A stretch of DNA of 64,000 nt from a bacterium (GCA_021785125.1 JAJYGF010000013.1:41413-105412); one strand, 5' to 3'. Counted from the first letter of the stretch, positions 1 to 9,782 are shown. Notes: generated from the sequence alone by a model not told the origin. Program-made: numbers and translations.

Positions 1-30
1 TAATCGGCCTGGCATTACGCGGTCTTGAAT

Positions 31-582
31 ATGAAAATTAAACTTAATCTCATCCCTCAATACAAAAAAGAAGAATTGATCCGAGCCGCGCGTCTCCGGA
101 CTATTTTGAGATGGCAAACTGAAATCGGATTTATTCTGGCTATCTTTCTGGCGCTGCTCGTGAGTTTGAATTACATACTGCAATTCGATTTGACGGCGGC
201 TACCATGCCGATCAATTCCCAAAGCAAAGAAAAACAGGACAAGCTGGTTCAGTTTGCCGCAGAGTTCAAAGCGGTGAATGTCGAAGCGTCTCTGGATGAA
301 AATATCCAAAAAGATCAGCTGTATTGGTCGAGGCTATATATAAAGCTAAGCTCGCTCGCTCCGGACGGAATCAGTATGGCGAAAATGGCCAATAAGGACT
401 ATAAGGTCTTTCTGGCCGGCACCGCGGATACTCGCGATACGTTGATGAATTTTAAAGATAATCTGTCAAAAGATGATTGCTTTTCCGATATCAATCTGCC
501 GCTTTCAGATCTGGTTTTGCAGAACAATGTCGATTTCCAGATGGATTTTAATGTCAAAGAAAGTTGCGTGAAAAACAAATGA
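31..582 (+). CDS. PilN-like type IV pilus assembly protein
   Basis: N-terminal INLIP-like motif, single TM helix, C-terminal 'LAGTADTRDTLMNFKDNL...FSDINLP' PilN-type domain; ATG at 31. Confidence 0.7.
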   Translation: MKIKLNLIPQYKKEELIRAARLRTILRWQTEIGFILAIFLALLVSLNYILQFDLTAATMPINSQSKEKQDKLVQFAAEFKAVNVEASLDENIQKDQLYWSRLYIKLSSLAPDGISMAKMANKDYKVFLAGTADTRDTLMNFKDNLSKDDCFSDINLPLSDLVLQNNVDFQMDFNVKESCVKNK

Positions 583-1229
583 AAGAATTCATAAGAAAAT
601 ACAAGTTGAATTTGTCGGTCTGCGCCTACCTGGTCGCGGTAGCTCTTGCTTTCTATTTCTTGTTCTTTCCGCTGGTGGACGGCATTCGAAGCAAGGCGGA
701 TGAAATCGAACGTAAGGAGATCGACGCCCAGATATATCAGGCGAAGCTCGACGGTATTCCGTCCATGGAGAAGAAATACGTTCTGGCCAAAGACGGGGAA
801 AGCAAGTTGGATGTGATCGTCCATGCCGACGGAGAAGTCGACATGATAAAAGAATTGGAAACGATGGCCGGGCAGACCGGCAATAAAATCCAATTTCAAG
901 TTCAGGACACCGCCGACGGCGCCGGAAAAAGCAAGCCGGCGGCCGGCAGCATAAAATCGAAGCTGTCGGACCAGAACTATCTTTCCATGCAGATCGCGCT
1001 GGAAGGAAGTTATGACGACCTGATATATTTTTTGCATAAGCTGGAGAATTACAAAGATTATATAAATGTCGTGAGCTTCAGCTCTGAAAAGATCCAGGCC
1101 GATAACGGCAGCGCCGCGCCGGCCGCCAACCAGCCGAATCCGTTTGCCGGTTCGCAGGCTAAAAGTTCCGCGCCAAGCCATGAAATATTGAATACGATAT
1201 TAGACGTCGTTGTTTATTTAAAAAAATGA
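579..1229 (+). CDS. PilO-like type IV pilus assembly protein
   Basis: ATGA overlap with upstream gene, TM helix plus coiled coil, 'LEGSYDDLIYFLHKLEN' PilO-type motif. Confidence 0.7.
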   Translation: MKEFIRKYKLNLSVCAYLVAVALAFYFLFFPLVDGIRSKADEIERKEIDAQIYQAKLDGIPSMEKKYVLAKDGESKLDVIVHADGEVDMIKELETMAGQTGNKIQFQVQDTADGAGKSKPAAGSIKSKLSDQNYLSMQIALEGSYDDLIYFLHKLENYKDYINVVSFSSEKIQADNGSAAPAANQPNPFAGSQAKSSAPSHEILNTILDVVVYLKK

Positions 1230-1552
1230 AGTTAGAATTTACAAACTTGCAAAACAAAATAAATTCCAAAGATCTCGTGGCCAAGTCGGCAAATTTTTTG
1301 AATCGGCGCGAAAAGGCCATTCTTATCGCGCTGTTTTTGGCCGCGTTGGCATATTGCGTTTATCTATGGTACGCCTATGCATACGATTTCAGCTGGGAAT
1401 CGGCCAAACGGCAGCAGTACATCGCCAGCCAGAACGATCAGACAAATCTTAACGAGGGTAAGCTTAACGGGGTTTTGGGAAATATTGATGCCCGTCAGAA
1501 AGAATTCGGCCAAGATATCAACGGGCCGGCGGATTTTTTCAGGTTGAAATAA
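1226..1552 (+). CDS. hypothetical single-TM protein of the pilus operon
   Basis: ATGA-coupled, one TM helix, followed by a hairpin and T-tract. Confidence 0.6.
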   Translation: MKLEFTNLQNKINSKDLVAKSANFLNRREKAILIALFLAALAYCVYLWYAYAYDFSWESAKRQQYIASQNDQTNLNEGKLNGVLGNIDARQKEFGQDINGPADFFRLK

Positions 1553-1588
1553 AAACAACCCCGGCGCGGAGTTGTTTTTATTTTTTTG

Positions 1589-1661
1589 TGCGCTGGGCAG
1601 GAATCGAACCTGCGACCAATAGCTTAGAAGGCTACTGCTCTATCCACTGAGCTACCAGCGC
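1589..1661 (-). tRNA. tRNA-Arg(TCT)
   Basis: Cloverleaf GCGCTGG/CCAGCGC, anticodon loop CTTCTAA, GGTTCGATTC T-arm; no encoded CCA. Confidence 0.95.
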
Positions 1662-1693
1662 TCAATTTTCGCATGCCAAGAAATCTGCAAGGG

Positions 1694-1765
1694 GGCGACT
1701 ACTGGGAATCGGACCCAGGTCCCAAGTGCCACAAACTCGTGTTCTGCCATTGAACTATAGTCGCC
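1694..1765 (-). tRNA. tRNA-His(GTG)
   Basis: G-1:C73 pair, anticodon loop TTGTGGC; T-loop reads TCCGATT. Confidence 0.9.
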
Positions 1766-1800
1766 ACTCTGAAGACTTCTTTTTTTGTTCGATCTTAGTG

Positions 1801-1873
1801 TGCATCCAGCTGGACTCGAACCAGCGACCGTTTGCTTAAGAGGCAACTGCTCTACCGACTGAGCTATGGATGC
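1801..1873 (-). tRNA. tRNA-Lys(CTT)
   Basis: GCATCCA/TGGATGC acceptor stem, anticodon loop CTCTTAA, GGTTCGAGTC. Confidence 0.95.
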
Positions 1874-1886
1874 GTGATTTATTCGG

Positions 1887-1959
1887 TGCGCTCGGCAGGA
1901 ATCGAACCCACAACACCTTGGTCCGAAGCCAAGTGCTCTATCCGTTGAGCTACGAGCGC
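1887..1959 (-). tRNA. tRNA-Arg(TCG)
   Basis: GCGCTCG/CGAGCGC acceptor stem, anticodon arm CTTGG-CTTCGGA-CCAAG. Confidence 0.95.
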
Positions 1960-2036
1960 CTGTCGGATCAAAGAAACCCGAGGACAATATGGCCATATTA
2001 ACAAAAAAAGCGCGGCTAGTCAATCAATGGAGGTTT

Positions 2037-3284
2037 TTAGCGGGATTTTTTCGATGAAGTTTGGTCGGGATGCGGATATTTGCTGGGAGAATCATAATTG
2101 CTGTTGAAGACATCCGCTCGGATAAGTTTGCCGTCGGTTCCGAACACCTGTTGCGTGAAGGTGGCCTTCATGGATCCGTCGGGATTTCTTTCCAGAATTT
2201 TGGGGCCGATCACGTTGACTTTCCTTCCGTCGTCGGTCCCGTAGAATTGAAAAATGAGTTGTGTGCCGGATATCTTCGTTTGGATGAGGATGTATCCCGG
2301 CGTGTCATTGATGAATCGCAGATCGGGCTGGGGGATATATACGGTAGCGTCCATGCCTTGCGGATCGTAGTAGCTGACCGGGTAAGCATGGTTTACTCGC
2401 TCGGTGATTTTCAGTCCGCTGTAGATGGCTGCTCGGAAAGCGGTGGTAGAAACCTGGCAGATCCCGCCTCCGAATTCCGGTTCGGTCTTGTTTTGTTTGA
2501 TTACCAGTTCCGGCAGATAGCCGTGTTCGGCATCCACCGGTCCTAATATTTTCACGAAAGAAAATTCTTCGCCGGGCTTGATGAGCACTCCGTTGAAACG
2601 TTCGGTAGCCACTTGAATATTGAAGACTCTGTTTCTCGGAGAGCCGCGAAAATCGGAATGTCCCTCTCCGATGAGCGAAGTGATGCCCAGGTTGTCGATG
2701 GAATCGGTCGAAATATCCGGATTTTTTTCGACATAAGGCAGAGAGACGGACGGATCCGGCTGTCTTTTGGACAGATAGTCAATCAGAACGGTGACGCTTT
2801 TTGTTTTGTCCAGCTTGATGCCTTTCTGGCTAAGCGAGAAAACAGAAGCCCGTCCGTCCGTTATTGTCAATTTCGCGTCCACCGGATCACGGTCCGCTTG
2901 CCTGGCGATGTCATCGACATATCGACTGACCGCATCTTTATCGACATACAGATGCGTGGCCAATTGAATGTGATTGTCATTTTTGTCACTGAAAGTCAAG
3001 GCGCATACGACAGATTTCTTGTATTTGCAAAAGTCGTCATTTTCTATTTCGGAACGGTAGCTTGGATTGTAATCGAGATCGCTTTTGGACGAGATCCATC
3101 CGGCAATCTCGGAGGCCGGAAGCACGGTTGAAAAGCCCCCGACATTTATGGTTAGGTCGCGCACGAATCCGGTCGGATCGTCGCCGGCAAAAGATCCCAA
3201 TGGAACGGTTTCGGCGCCAGCCGGTTTCATGCTCGGCAAGGCGATGACAAAAAGGAATAAAAAAAGTTTTATCATGTTTCGCAT
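2037..3284 (-). CDS. VanW family protein with peptidoglycan-binding region
   Basis: 'FGGGICQVSTTAFRAA', 'HAYPVSYY..G.DATVY..DLRFIND' VanW motifs; signal peptide from MRNMIK. Confidence 0.9.
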   Translation of the reverse strand: MRNMIKLFLFLFVIALPSMKPAGAETVPLGSFAGDDPTGFVRDLTINVGGFSTVLPASEIAGWISSKSDLDYNPSYRSEIENDDFCKYKKSVVCALTFSDKNDNHIQLATHLYVDKDAVSRYVDDIARQADRDPVDAKLTITDGRASVFSLSQKGIKLDKTKSVTVLIDYLSKRQPDPSVSLPYVEKNPDISTDSIDNLGITSLIGEGHSDFRGSPRNRVFNIQVATERFNGVLIKPGEEFSFVKILGPVDAEHGYLPELVIKQNKTEPEFGGGICQVSTTAFRAAIYSGLKITERVNHAYPVSYYDPQGMDATVYIPQPDLRFINDTPGYILIQTKISGTQLIFQFYGTDDGRKVNVIGPKILERNPDGSMKATFTQQVFGTDGKLIRADVFNSNYDSPSKYPHPDQTSSKKSR

Positions 3285-3375
3285 GCGTAAAGAATACCGT
3301 AAATCAGCGACGAAATCAATCTCAAAAATAAAAAACACCCCGCGACATGCCGGCAGGATGTTTCAAGCTTTTTAT

Positions 3376-3906
3376 TTAGAAGCCGCGAACCTGTATTTTC
3401 TTGGTTTTGGTGTTGTCGGCTTTCGGCAAGCGGATGGTCAAAATGCCGTTTTTCATCGAAGCTTCAGCCTTGTCCGCCAATACGTCCACTGGCAAAATGA
3501 CCGAGCGGGAAAAAGTGCCCCAATAACATTCCTGGTAATAATAATTTTCTTCTCCGACCATTTCATCATTTTTTCTTTCGCCACGGATGCTGACCATGTC
3601 GTTGTTGATGCTGACATCCAGATCTTCCGGCTTCACTCCGGCTATGGTCGACTTGATGACGATGTCGTTATCTGTCTGATAAACGTCAATCGTAAGCTGG
3701 CCTTCGCTGTCATCTCCGGACGAGAAACTTTCTTCCGACTGGACATTCAGGCTTTTTTTGGATTGGGGGGAGATTATCGTTTCGGCCTCCTCTTCTTCGT
3801 ATATGTTGGCCAGCGGCCTGATCGGCGTTTCATATTCTTCGTTATTGTCTTCGATGCGCGTAGAGCCCGTTAATTTTTCAAAAAATGACCTTTTTACTTT
3901 GACCAT
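3376..3906 (-). CDS. Hsp20/alpha-crystallin small heat shock protein
   Basis: 'DVYQTDNDIVIK..AGVKPEDL', 'EC.WG.FSRSV.LP', 'NGILTIRLPK'. Confidence 0.95.
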   Translation of the reverse strand: MVKVKRSFFEKLTGSTRIEDNNEEYETPIRPLANIYEEEEAETIISPQSKKSLNVQSEESFSSGDDSEGQLTIDVYQTDNDIVIKSTIAGVKPEDLDVSINNDMVSIRGERKNDEMVGEENYYYQECYWGTFSRSVILPVDVLADKAEASMKNGILTIRLPKADNTKTKKIQVRGF

Positions 3907-3991
3907 TTATTTTTTTTAAAAAGTTATTTGTTATCTGACATTATTATAATTTAGTCTGGCGCATTTGGCAAATATGTTCGGCAGCCGCAAT

Positions 3992-4558
3992 CTAGGCGCT
4001 GTTCGGCTTCAATCTGCGGCCCAAAAACACCAAGAAAAGATAAGTTATCCCCAGGAACGCATAGGTGAAAACGTACGGCTGTTCATAGATCACCATGAGA
4101 TTGTAGGAGAGGTGCCAAATGAAAGCGAAAGAAATGGTTGTTGCCGTGCGCGCGAAAGACCCGTTCCAGCCATGAATTATGGATATGCCGATGAACAAGG
4201 CAGTGGCGATATGCAGGAGTAAGGCGCCGATGATGCCCGGATCAGGATAAGCCGTACGATTGAGCGCGGCATTTGAAAAGGCGAAAAACAATTCGACGGA
4301 AGCAAAACCCAAGCCGGCGAACAAAGCGCCCGAGATTTTTTTTTGGATTTCGCCGGCATAAAATTTTTCGAGCATTATAAATTTCGCGCTTTCTTCCAGG
4401 AGTACGACCACGAGAAGGAAAAGGGTTATCCGATTGAAATAATTGACCTCAATGTCTTGTCCGGACAGAATGAAATAGAGATTGGATACCAGCATTTCAA
4501 AGATCAGCGCTCCGGAAGCGGCGATTATCCCGAATAAAAATGGTTTCAACTTATTCAT
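3992..4558 (-). CDS. PrsW-family intramembrane metalloprotease-like protein
   Basis: EESAK, GLGFASVE, LLH and HLSYN motifs in TM helices. Confidence 0.7.
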   Translation of the reverse strand: MNKLKPFLFGIIAASGALIFEMLVSNLYFILSGQDIEVNYFNRITLFLLVVVLLEESAKFIMLEKFYAGEIQKKISGALFAGLGFASVELFFAFSNAALNRTAYPDPGIIGALLLHIATALFIGISIIHGWNGSFARTATTISFAFIWHLSYNLMVIYEQPYVFTYAFLGITYLFLVFLGRRLKPNSA

Positions 4559-5625
4559 CGGTCTGACATTTTCAAATTAGCGTCGGTCTTGGTGTTTTTC
4601 CAACCGTCCGACAATCCGCGGAGGCCGGTTTTTTGGCAGCGGAAGTACGCGGCCGCTGCGATCATGGCGGCATTGTCCAATTGGAAAGCCGGTTCCGGGC
4701 AAGAAAATAGCGTGTTCGGAAAATTGTGCTTTACGGCTTCTTGCAGCTGTTTCTGCAGTTCGAGATTGGCGCTGACGCCGCCGGCAACAAGAATGCTCCT
4801 TGGTCCGTATTTTTTGGCCGCCGCGATTGTTTTGGCGGTCAGCACATCGATGACAGCTTGCTGAAACTCGCGACTCATGGACGAAATAAAATCAGGATTT
4901 TTCTTGAAGTCTTCATTTTTTTTCGTAGCGTAGAGCGCCGCCGTCTTCAGGCCGGAAAAGGAAAAATTAAAATCTCCGGAATTTATCATTGGGCGAGGAA
5001 GGCTTATGTCGTAATCTCTGGCGAATTTTGACGGCTGTTTTTGTGCTTCCGATGCTATAGCCGGGCCGCCCGGATAGCCCAAATCCAAAATTCTGGCCAC
5101 TTTGTCGAAAGCTTCGCCGACCGCGTCATCTTGCGTTTCGCCGATAATTCTGTAGTCCAGATGGTCTTCCATAAGAATCAGCTGCGTGTGGCCGCCGGAA
5201 ACGACCAGTGTCAAAACGGGAAAAGGGATGTCCGTGTCACGCTTCCCGATAAAGTTGGCGTAGATGTGTCCTTCAATGTGATGAATGCCGATGAGGGGTT
5301 TTTTCCAGGCATAGGCCAACGTTTTGGCGGCGGCGGTGCCGACCAGCAGTGCCGGAATAAGGCCGGGTCCGGAAGTGACGGCAATAAGATCGATCTCGTT
5401 CTTTCCGATTCCGGCCGTATCCAAGGCGGATTCGATCACCGGCAGAATATTTTTCAGATGTTCCCGGGCCGCCAGATTGGGAACCACACCGCCCCAGCGG
5501 GCATGCAACTTGATTTGCGAAGAAACCATGTTGGACAGCGGCTTGGCGAAGCCGTCAGTCCGGCTTATTCGGATGACGGAAGCGGATGTTTCATCGCATG
5601 ATGTTTCGATGCCGAGAATAATCAT
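4555..5625 (-). CDS. tsaD: tRNA N6-adenosine threonylcarbamoyltransferase
   Basis: GIETSCDET, HHIEGH, VSGGHT, DDAVGEAFDK, FSFSGLKT, DNAAMIA. Confidence 0.98.
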   Translation of the reverse strand: MIILGIETSCDETSASVIRISRTDGFAKPLSNMVSSQIKLHARWGGVVPNLAAREHLKNILPVIESALDTAGIGKNEIDLIAVTSGPGLIPALLVGTAAAKTLAYAWKKPLIGIHHIEGHIYANFIGKRDTDIPFPVLTLVVSGGHTQLILMEDHLDYRIIGETQDDAVGEAFDKVARILDLGYPGGPAIASEAQKQPSKFARDYDISLPRPMINSGDFNFSFSGLKTAALYATKKNEDFKKNPDFISSMSREFQQAVIDVLTAKTIAAAKKYGPRSILVAGGVSANLELQKQLQEAVKHNFPNTLFSCPEPAFQLDNAAMIAAAAYFRCQKTGLRGLSDGWKNTKTDANLKMSDR

Positions 5626-5755
5626 AAAATTTTAAGTCCGATTAGCGTATGTTTAAGGCGGTCTGTTGGTATTATAGGTTATTCGAGATTCTCATACAAA
5701 TATAGTCCGACCGGCCGACGTAGTGAAATATTTTTTTAATATTTAAGTAATAATT

Positions 5756-6397
5756 ATGTCTAGCGTCAAATTGTCGGATGTGAAGAGAAAAGCTGGTTTG
5801 ATCGTCAGGCCGGAGAGCGATGCAAATGACAATGAAGTGGTGAAATCCGTGCGAGACGGCGAGCGCGAACTGTACGCTGTAATCATTGAAAGATACCAAG
5901 GGAAATTGTTCGCCTATCTTTATCGTTTGGTCGGCGGGCGAGAAGAGGCTGAAGATCTTCTGCAGGACGTTTTCATCAAGGCGTTTAAAAATCTCAACAG
6001 CTATGATTCGAATCGTAAGTTTTCTTCCTGGATATATCGCATCGCTCACAATGAAGCGGTCAACTATATCAAGCGGAAATCTCTGAAAAAATTCATTTCA
6101 TGGGAAGATGTGACTTCGACCAAGGACAAATTGGCTGGCAATAGTACGGAAGAGAGCGTGGATAATATCTGGATGAAAAAAGAGGCGATCCGCGAAGTGA
6201 ACGAAGCAATCGACAAGCTGCCCATCAAGTACAAACAAGTCCTTCTCTTGAGATATTATTCGGAAAAATCTTATGAAGAGATCGGCGAGATTCTGCGCAA
6301 ACCGGTGAATACCGTGGGCACATTGATCAATCGCGCCAAGAAAAAGATGGCCGAAGAGATGGAGCGATTGGAAAATAACAAACTGAAAAAAAGTTAG
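5756..6397 (+). CDS. ECF RNA polymerase sigma factor (SigW/RpoE-like)
   Basis: Region 2 'EDLLQDVFIKAF...FSSWIYRIAHN', region 4 'SYEEIGEIL..PVNTV'. Confidence 0.93.
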   Translation: MSSVKLSDVKRKAGLIVRPESDANDNEVVKSVRDGERELYAVIIERYQGKLFAYLYRLVGGREEAEDLLQDVFIKAFKNLNSYDSNRKFSSWIYRIAHNEAVNYIKRKSLKKFISWEDVTSTKDKLAGNSTEESVDNIWMKKEAIREVNEAIDKLPIKYKQVLLLRYYSEKSYEEIGEILRKPVNTVGTLINRAKKKMAEEMERLENNKLKKS

Positions 6398-6619
6398 ATG
6401 CGTAACAATGAAATAGAAAAGCGTTATGAAGGGGATGTCTGCGATGCGGTCATGCGCCGGATACGCGAAGAAAATATCAAGATACGTCCGCGTGGATTTT
6501 TTTTGGCAGAAGATCTGATCGCACGCGGCATGATGGTGTTCGGTATGTTTGCCGCAATTTTGCTCGTTTTGGATATTTTTGCGCGTATGTTCGGATATGT
6601 CCATGCCACGGGCTTTTGA
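6398..6619 (+). CDS. short putative anti-sigma membrane protein
   Basis: Abuts the sigma gene, one TM helix, resembles the N-terminus of 41716..42600. Confidence 0.5.
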   Translation: MRNNEIEKRYEGDVCDAVMRRIREENIKIRPRGFFLAEDLIARGMMVFGMFAAILLVLDIFARMFGYVHATGF

Positions 6620-6720
6620 TGATAAAATTTCCGGAAGGCCTGTTCCTGTCATTTAAGAAATAAAAAGCCCGTCCGATTCAATATCGAGCGGGCCTTACTG
6701 TCCTTGCGAACTGTTCTTTT

Positions 6721-7512
6721 CTAATTCTTTTTCTTCGACCACCTCCTTCTTTTTTTACCCCGGCTATTTTTATTTTCAGCCAGGCGTTTCATGGTTCCAT
6801 AAATCACCTCATTGGTCATTTCGAAGGATATCCTTCCTTTGTTGAAAGCGTGACCCAACGCGATGGCGCAACCTCTGCAAGCCCGTAGTCCTTTCTTTTT
6901 GGTGCTGGCGTAGAGGTTTTTGTTTTCTTATTCTCAGATGGGGCAGGTACCGCCTTCTATGAGTACCTTGGCAACGCGCCGGTGGTTTGAACTTTTCATC
7001 GATATGGTGCGATACCTTTCTTTCATCGCTTTTTGCTTTTCTTCTTTTGCCACAATCCGCAAGGGTGTTTCCGGCGGATCTTCCATACAAACATGGGAAT
7101 AAGCGGACCGAATCAAATCGGAAGGTCTGGCTGGTTGGTAAGTGCTTCGCCCTTCTTGTTCGCTTGTGCGGACAATGAGAAAATCTTCTCGTGACATGCA
7201 CATACGATTTACGATTTTAACAAGGTTTGTTTTCGGCAGGCCGATGCAATCGGTCCAGTGGGGAAATCTGCGCCTGAAATATGAGTAAAGCTCATCGATG
7301 CTTTTCGGATAGTTGCTTATGAAGCGTTGGAGCGCTTTCATTCTTATATAACCGATATGCACGAAGTTCCATGCACCACCCAGTTCGCCGAGAACAGCCT
7401 CCTGTTCGTTGTTAAAGATCTTGATGGCGGAAAAATTTTCGTATCCCGTGTAATACTTTATCTTGCCGATCTCTGCCACCATGACTGCCTCCTTTGGCAA
7501 AATGGGGTTCAA
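6721..7512 (-). pseudogene. hypothetical protein interrupted by two in-frame stops within a putative C4 zinc finger
   Basis: Frame continues TCPI*E*ENKNLYASTKKKGLRACRGC...KKKN* to the stop at 6721. Confidence 0.5.
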
Positions 7513-7648
7513 GAATTAATGTTTTCTTAATCTTAAGCTAACAGCAAAAGATCTGTCAAATAGATCATCAATCTTATTTTAATGGAAATATCCAACTAAC
7601 AAGTGTTTCTAAGGTATAAAAACAAAGCTTGTCGTAGCCTTATTTTAA

Positions 7649-7666
7649 TTTGTACCGCGTAGGGGA
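7649..7666 (+). repeat. degenerate copy of the tRNA-Glu 3' end (att-like)
   Basis: TTTGTACCGCGTAGGGGA vs TTTGTACCGCCAAGGGGA at 11350, 16/18 identical. Confidence 0.55.
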
Positions 7667-7734
7667 CAAGTTCAGAACTCTCGATTGGGTTAAGATTAGT
7701 AAAGAATTGCGGATATGGATGGATTTGAAAAGTA

Positions 7735-8769
7735 TTACTGCTTAATATTAATGCCAGTATCAGCAATAGTATTCAAAATATCGTTTGAATTGATAACAAA
7801 TCCAATGAACCTTTCGAATCCTACTCCAAATCCACCACGCACTAAATCGCCCTCTTCTTTAAACAAATTAAAGTACTCTTCAAATGGCATTATTGGGTCC
7901 TGATTCTTATCAGCGATAAATTTTCCTATTTTTGAATTCAAAAGATATTTTTTGATTTTATCGCCATCTTCTTCGCGTACTGCGCCACCAACCGTTTCGC
8001 CTAGAGGAGGGAGAAGCAAATCGAAACTAAATGTTTTTTGACCATCCTTTGTGCGTTTCATATTAAAAAATTTCAGCTTTGTTGGGTGATATGTTATAAA
8101 TGTTGGCACATTATTAAATGACTGCAGAATAAATCTTTCTTCCCTAATTCCCATGTCGTCACCGAATTTATAATGATTCAGATACTTTTTATTAAGTATG
8201 TCTATGGCTTGGTCATATGTAATAATGTTGAAAGGAATATGCGTGATTTTCTGCAAATAATCAACATCTCCTCCAAGTAAACTAAGTTCCCTTCGATTTT
8301 TTAATAATAATTCATCCGTAACTGTTTTAATTATTTGTTCTGCCTGCTTTATGATATTATTCAAAACTCTTTCAGGTTTTTGATTGCCATAAGGTCGTTC
8401 CGGTTCAATAAGGGTAAACTCAGAAAGTCTTCGATTTTTTGATTCTGGATCGTCGTAATTTTCTTCTCTAAAGCTATTATTGACAGTATAAAATCCTTTT
8501 CTTAGGCGCAGGACCAGCGCCTCAAGTTGTAGTTGGGCGCTTTGTGACAAATGGGCCTCACGGCCATAATAGTTCAACTTGAACGAGGCGTGAGGATTTT
8601 CGCAAGAGCCTGCAATATTTACTAGTGATGCCGTTGCAACCTCGTTGTATCCCAGCTTGCACAGTTCCTCGCGAAACGCAAGAAGTGCATTCGTTCTTAT
8701 GGAAGTCAGGGCGGCAAATCTGTCTTTGCTGAAAGTTCCCAGCCTTGTGGTAAAATTATCCTTTTGCAT
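7735..8769 (-). CDS. class IIb aminoacyl-tRNA synthetase paralog (AsnRS/AspRS-like catalytic domain, no anticodon domain)
   Basis: LSQSAQLQLE, motif 2 SFREE...RRLSEFTLIEPE, motif 3 GGFGVGFERF; only 344 aa with no N-terminal OB fold. Confidence 0.85.
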   Translation of the reverse strand: MQKDNFTTRLGTFSKDRFAALTSIRTNALLAFREELCKLGYNEVATASLVNIAGSCENPHASFKLNYYGREAHLSQSAQLQLEALVLRLRKGFYTVNNSFREENYDDPESKNRRLSEFTLIEPERPYGNQKPERVLNNIIKQAEQIIKTVTDELLLKNRRELSLLGGDVDYLQKITHIPFNIITYDQAIDILNKKYLNHYKFGDDMGIREERFILQSFNNVPTFITYHPTKLKFFNMKRTKDGQKTFSFDLLLPPLGETVGGAVREEDGDKIKKYLLNSKIGKFIADKNQDPIMPFEEYFNLFKEEGDLVRGGFGVGFERFIGFVINSNDILNTIADTGINIKQ

Positions 8770-8902
8770 AATGTTTAAATGAAATTATTTCTTAATAGGG
8801 TAATTATCGAGTCTTAATGTCAAATTAGTCAACACTAATTTTAATTATTTATATTAAATAAGCCAAAATATGCTAATATATAATAAATTGGCGTCAAAAA
8901 TA

Positions 8903-8931
8903 TTGACATTTATTATTTAAAATGCTAACGT
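8903..8931 (+). promoter_or_regulatory. sigma70 promoter overlapped by a GTCAA-N5-TTGAC palindrome (putative operator)
   Basis: TTGACA-17nt-TAACGT, 6 nt before ATG 8938. Confidence 0.6.
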
Positions 8932-8937
8932 TTATCC

Positions 8938-9687
8938 ATGGATATCAAAGCGACTTTACAAAAAATAGGCTTGAGTAAAAAAGAGGCAGATATATATTTG
9001 ACCTGTCTTGAATATGGCCCCACGACCATTACAAATATTGCCAGATTGTCCGGCTATAAACGGCCGACACTTTACAATTTAATGGAAGGATTACTGCAAA
9101 AAGGATTTGTAATTATAGTTAGAAGAAATAGTAAAACATACTATGATGTCGAGAAGCCAAAGCGCTTGCTTACTGTTTTACATGCCAGGGAAAAGGAGTT
9201 AGAGCAAGCGTTGCCAGAGCTGGAAATAATTAAAAATCGCAAACAGCCGCTACCGGAAGTAGAGATATACGATGCTGATGAGGCAATAAAAAATTTATAC
9301 GATGATATTTATAACCAATTAAACAGTCGTACTGAAACTTGTTTTCTTACTTCAATTTCTGATCTAAAAACGTATGCCCCGCATATCCTAGAGTCATATA
9401 TGTCGAAAATTAAAAATAAAAATTATATTATAAGGGAATTAATCTTTGATGATGAACAGGGTTGCAAATATGCCAAGGAAATGAAGGCATTAAATATTAA
9501 ACATGAAATAAGATTATTGCCGAACGATTTTCCAATATACAATGATATTGCTTTATATAATGGGAAGGTTTCAATTTTTTCTTTTAAAATACGCAGTTCA
9601 GCAACTATGATCGATAATTTGGAAATTGCCGCAACACTTAAAAGTCTGTTTGAATGGGCTTGGGTTAATGGAAAAAACATAAAATAA
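8938..9687 (+). CDS. TrmB family transcriptional regulator
   Basis: 'LQKIGLSKKEADIYL..L..G', HTH 'RPTLYNLMEGLLQKG', C-terminal 'IALYNGKVSIFS...IAATLKSLFEWAW'. Confidence 0.92.
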   Translation: MDIKATLQKIGLSKKEADIYLTCLEYGPTTITNIARLSGYKRPTLYNLMEGLLQKGFVIIVRRNSKTYYDVEKPKRLLTVLHAREKELEQALPELEIIKNRKQPLPEVEIYDADEAIKNLYDDIYNQLNSRTETCFLTSISDLKTYAPHILESYMSKIKNKNYIIRELIFDDEQGCKYAKEMKALNIKHEIRLLPNDFPIYNDIALYNGKVSIFSFKIRSSATMIDNLEIAATLKSLFEWAWVNGKNIK

Positions 9688-9761
9688 GCATTCAGCATAA
9701 GAAGTTCTGACATCCCTTTGGGGTATAAAAAAATAAGCCTCAAAAAAGCCTTGTTTTAATA

Positions 9762-9782
9762 GTACCGCCAAGGGGATTCGAA
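9762..9782 (+). repeat. perfect 21-bp duplication of the tRNA-Glu 3' end (att site)
   Basis: GTACCGCCAAGGGGATTCGAA identical to 11353..11373. Confidence 0.9.

Noticed and set aside
399-3873. Long antisense ORFs (for example 399..1181, 3085..3873 and many similar later)
   Set aside because: They are shadows of well-supported genes on the opposite strand and have no recognisable motifs.
6928-6936. Stop-codon recoding (code 25 or selenocysteine) suggested by the in-frame TGA
   Set aside because: A TAA follows two codons later, and TGA terminates conserved genes such as mraY, recJ and tsaD normally.
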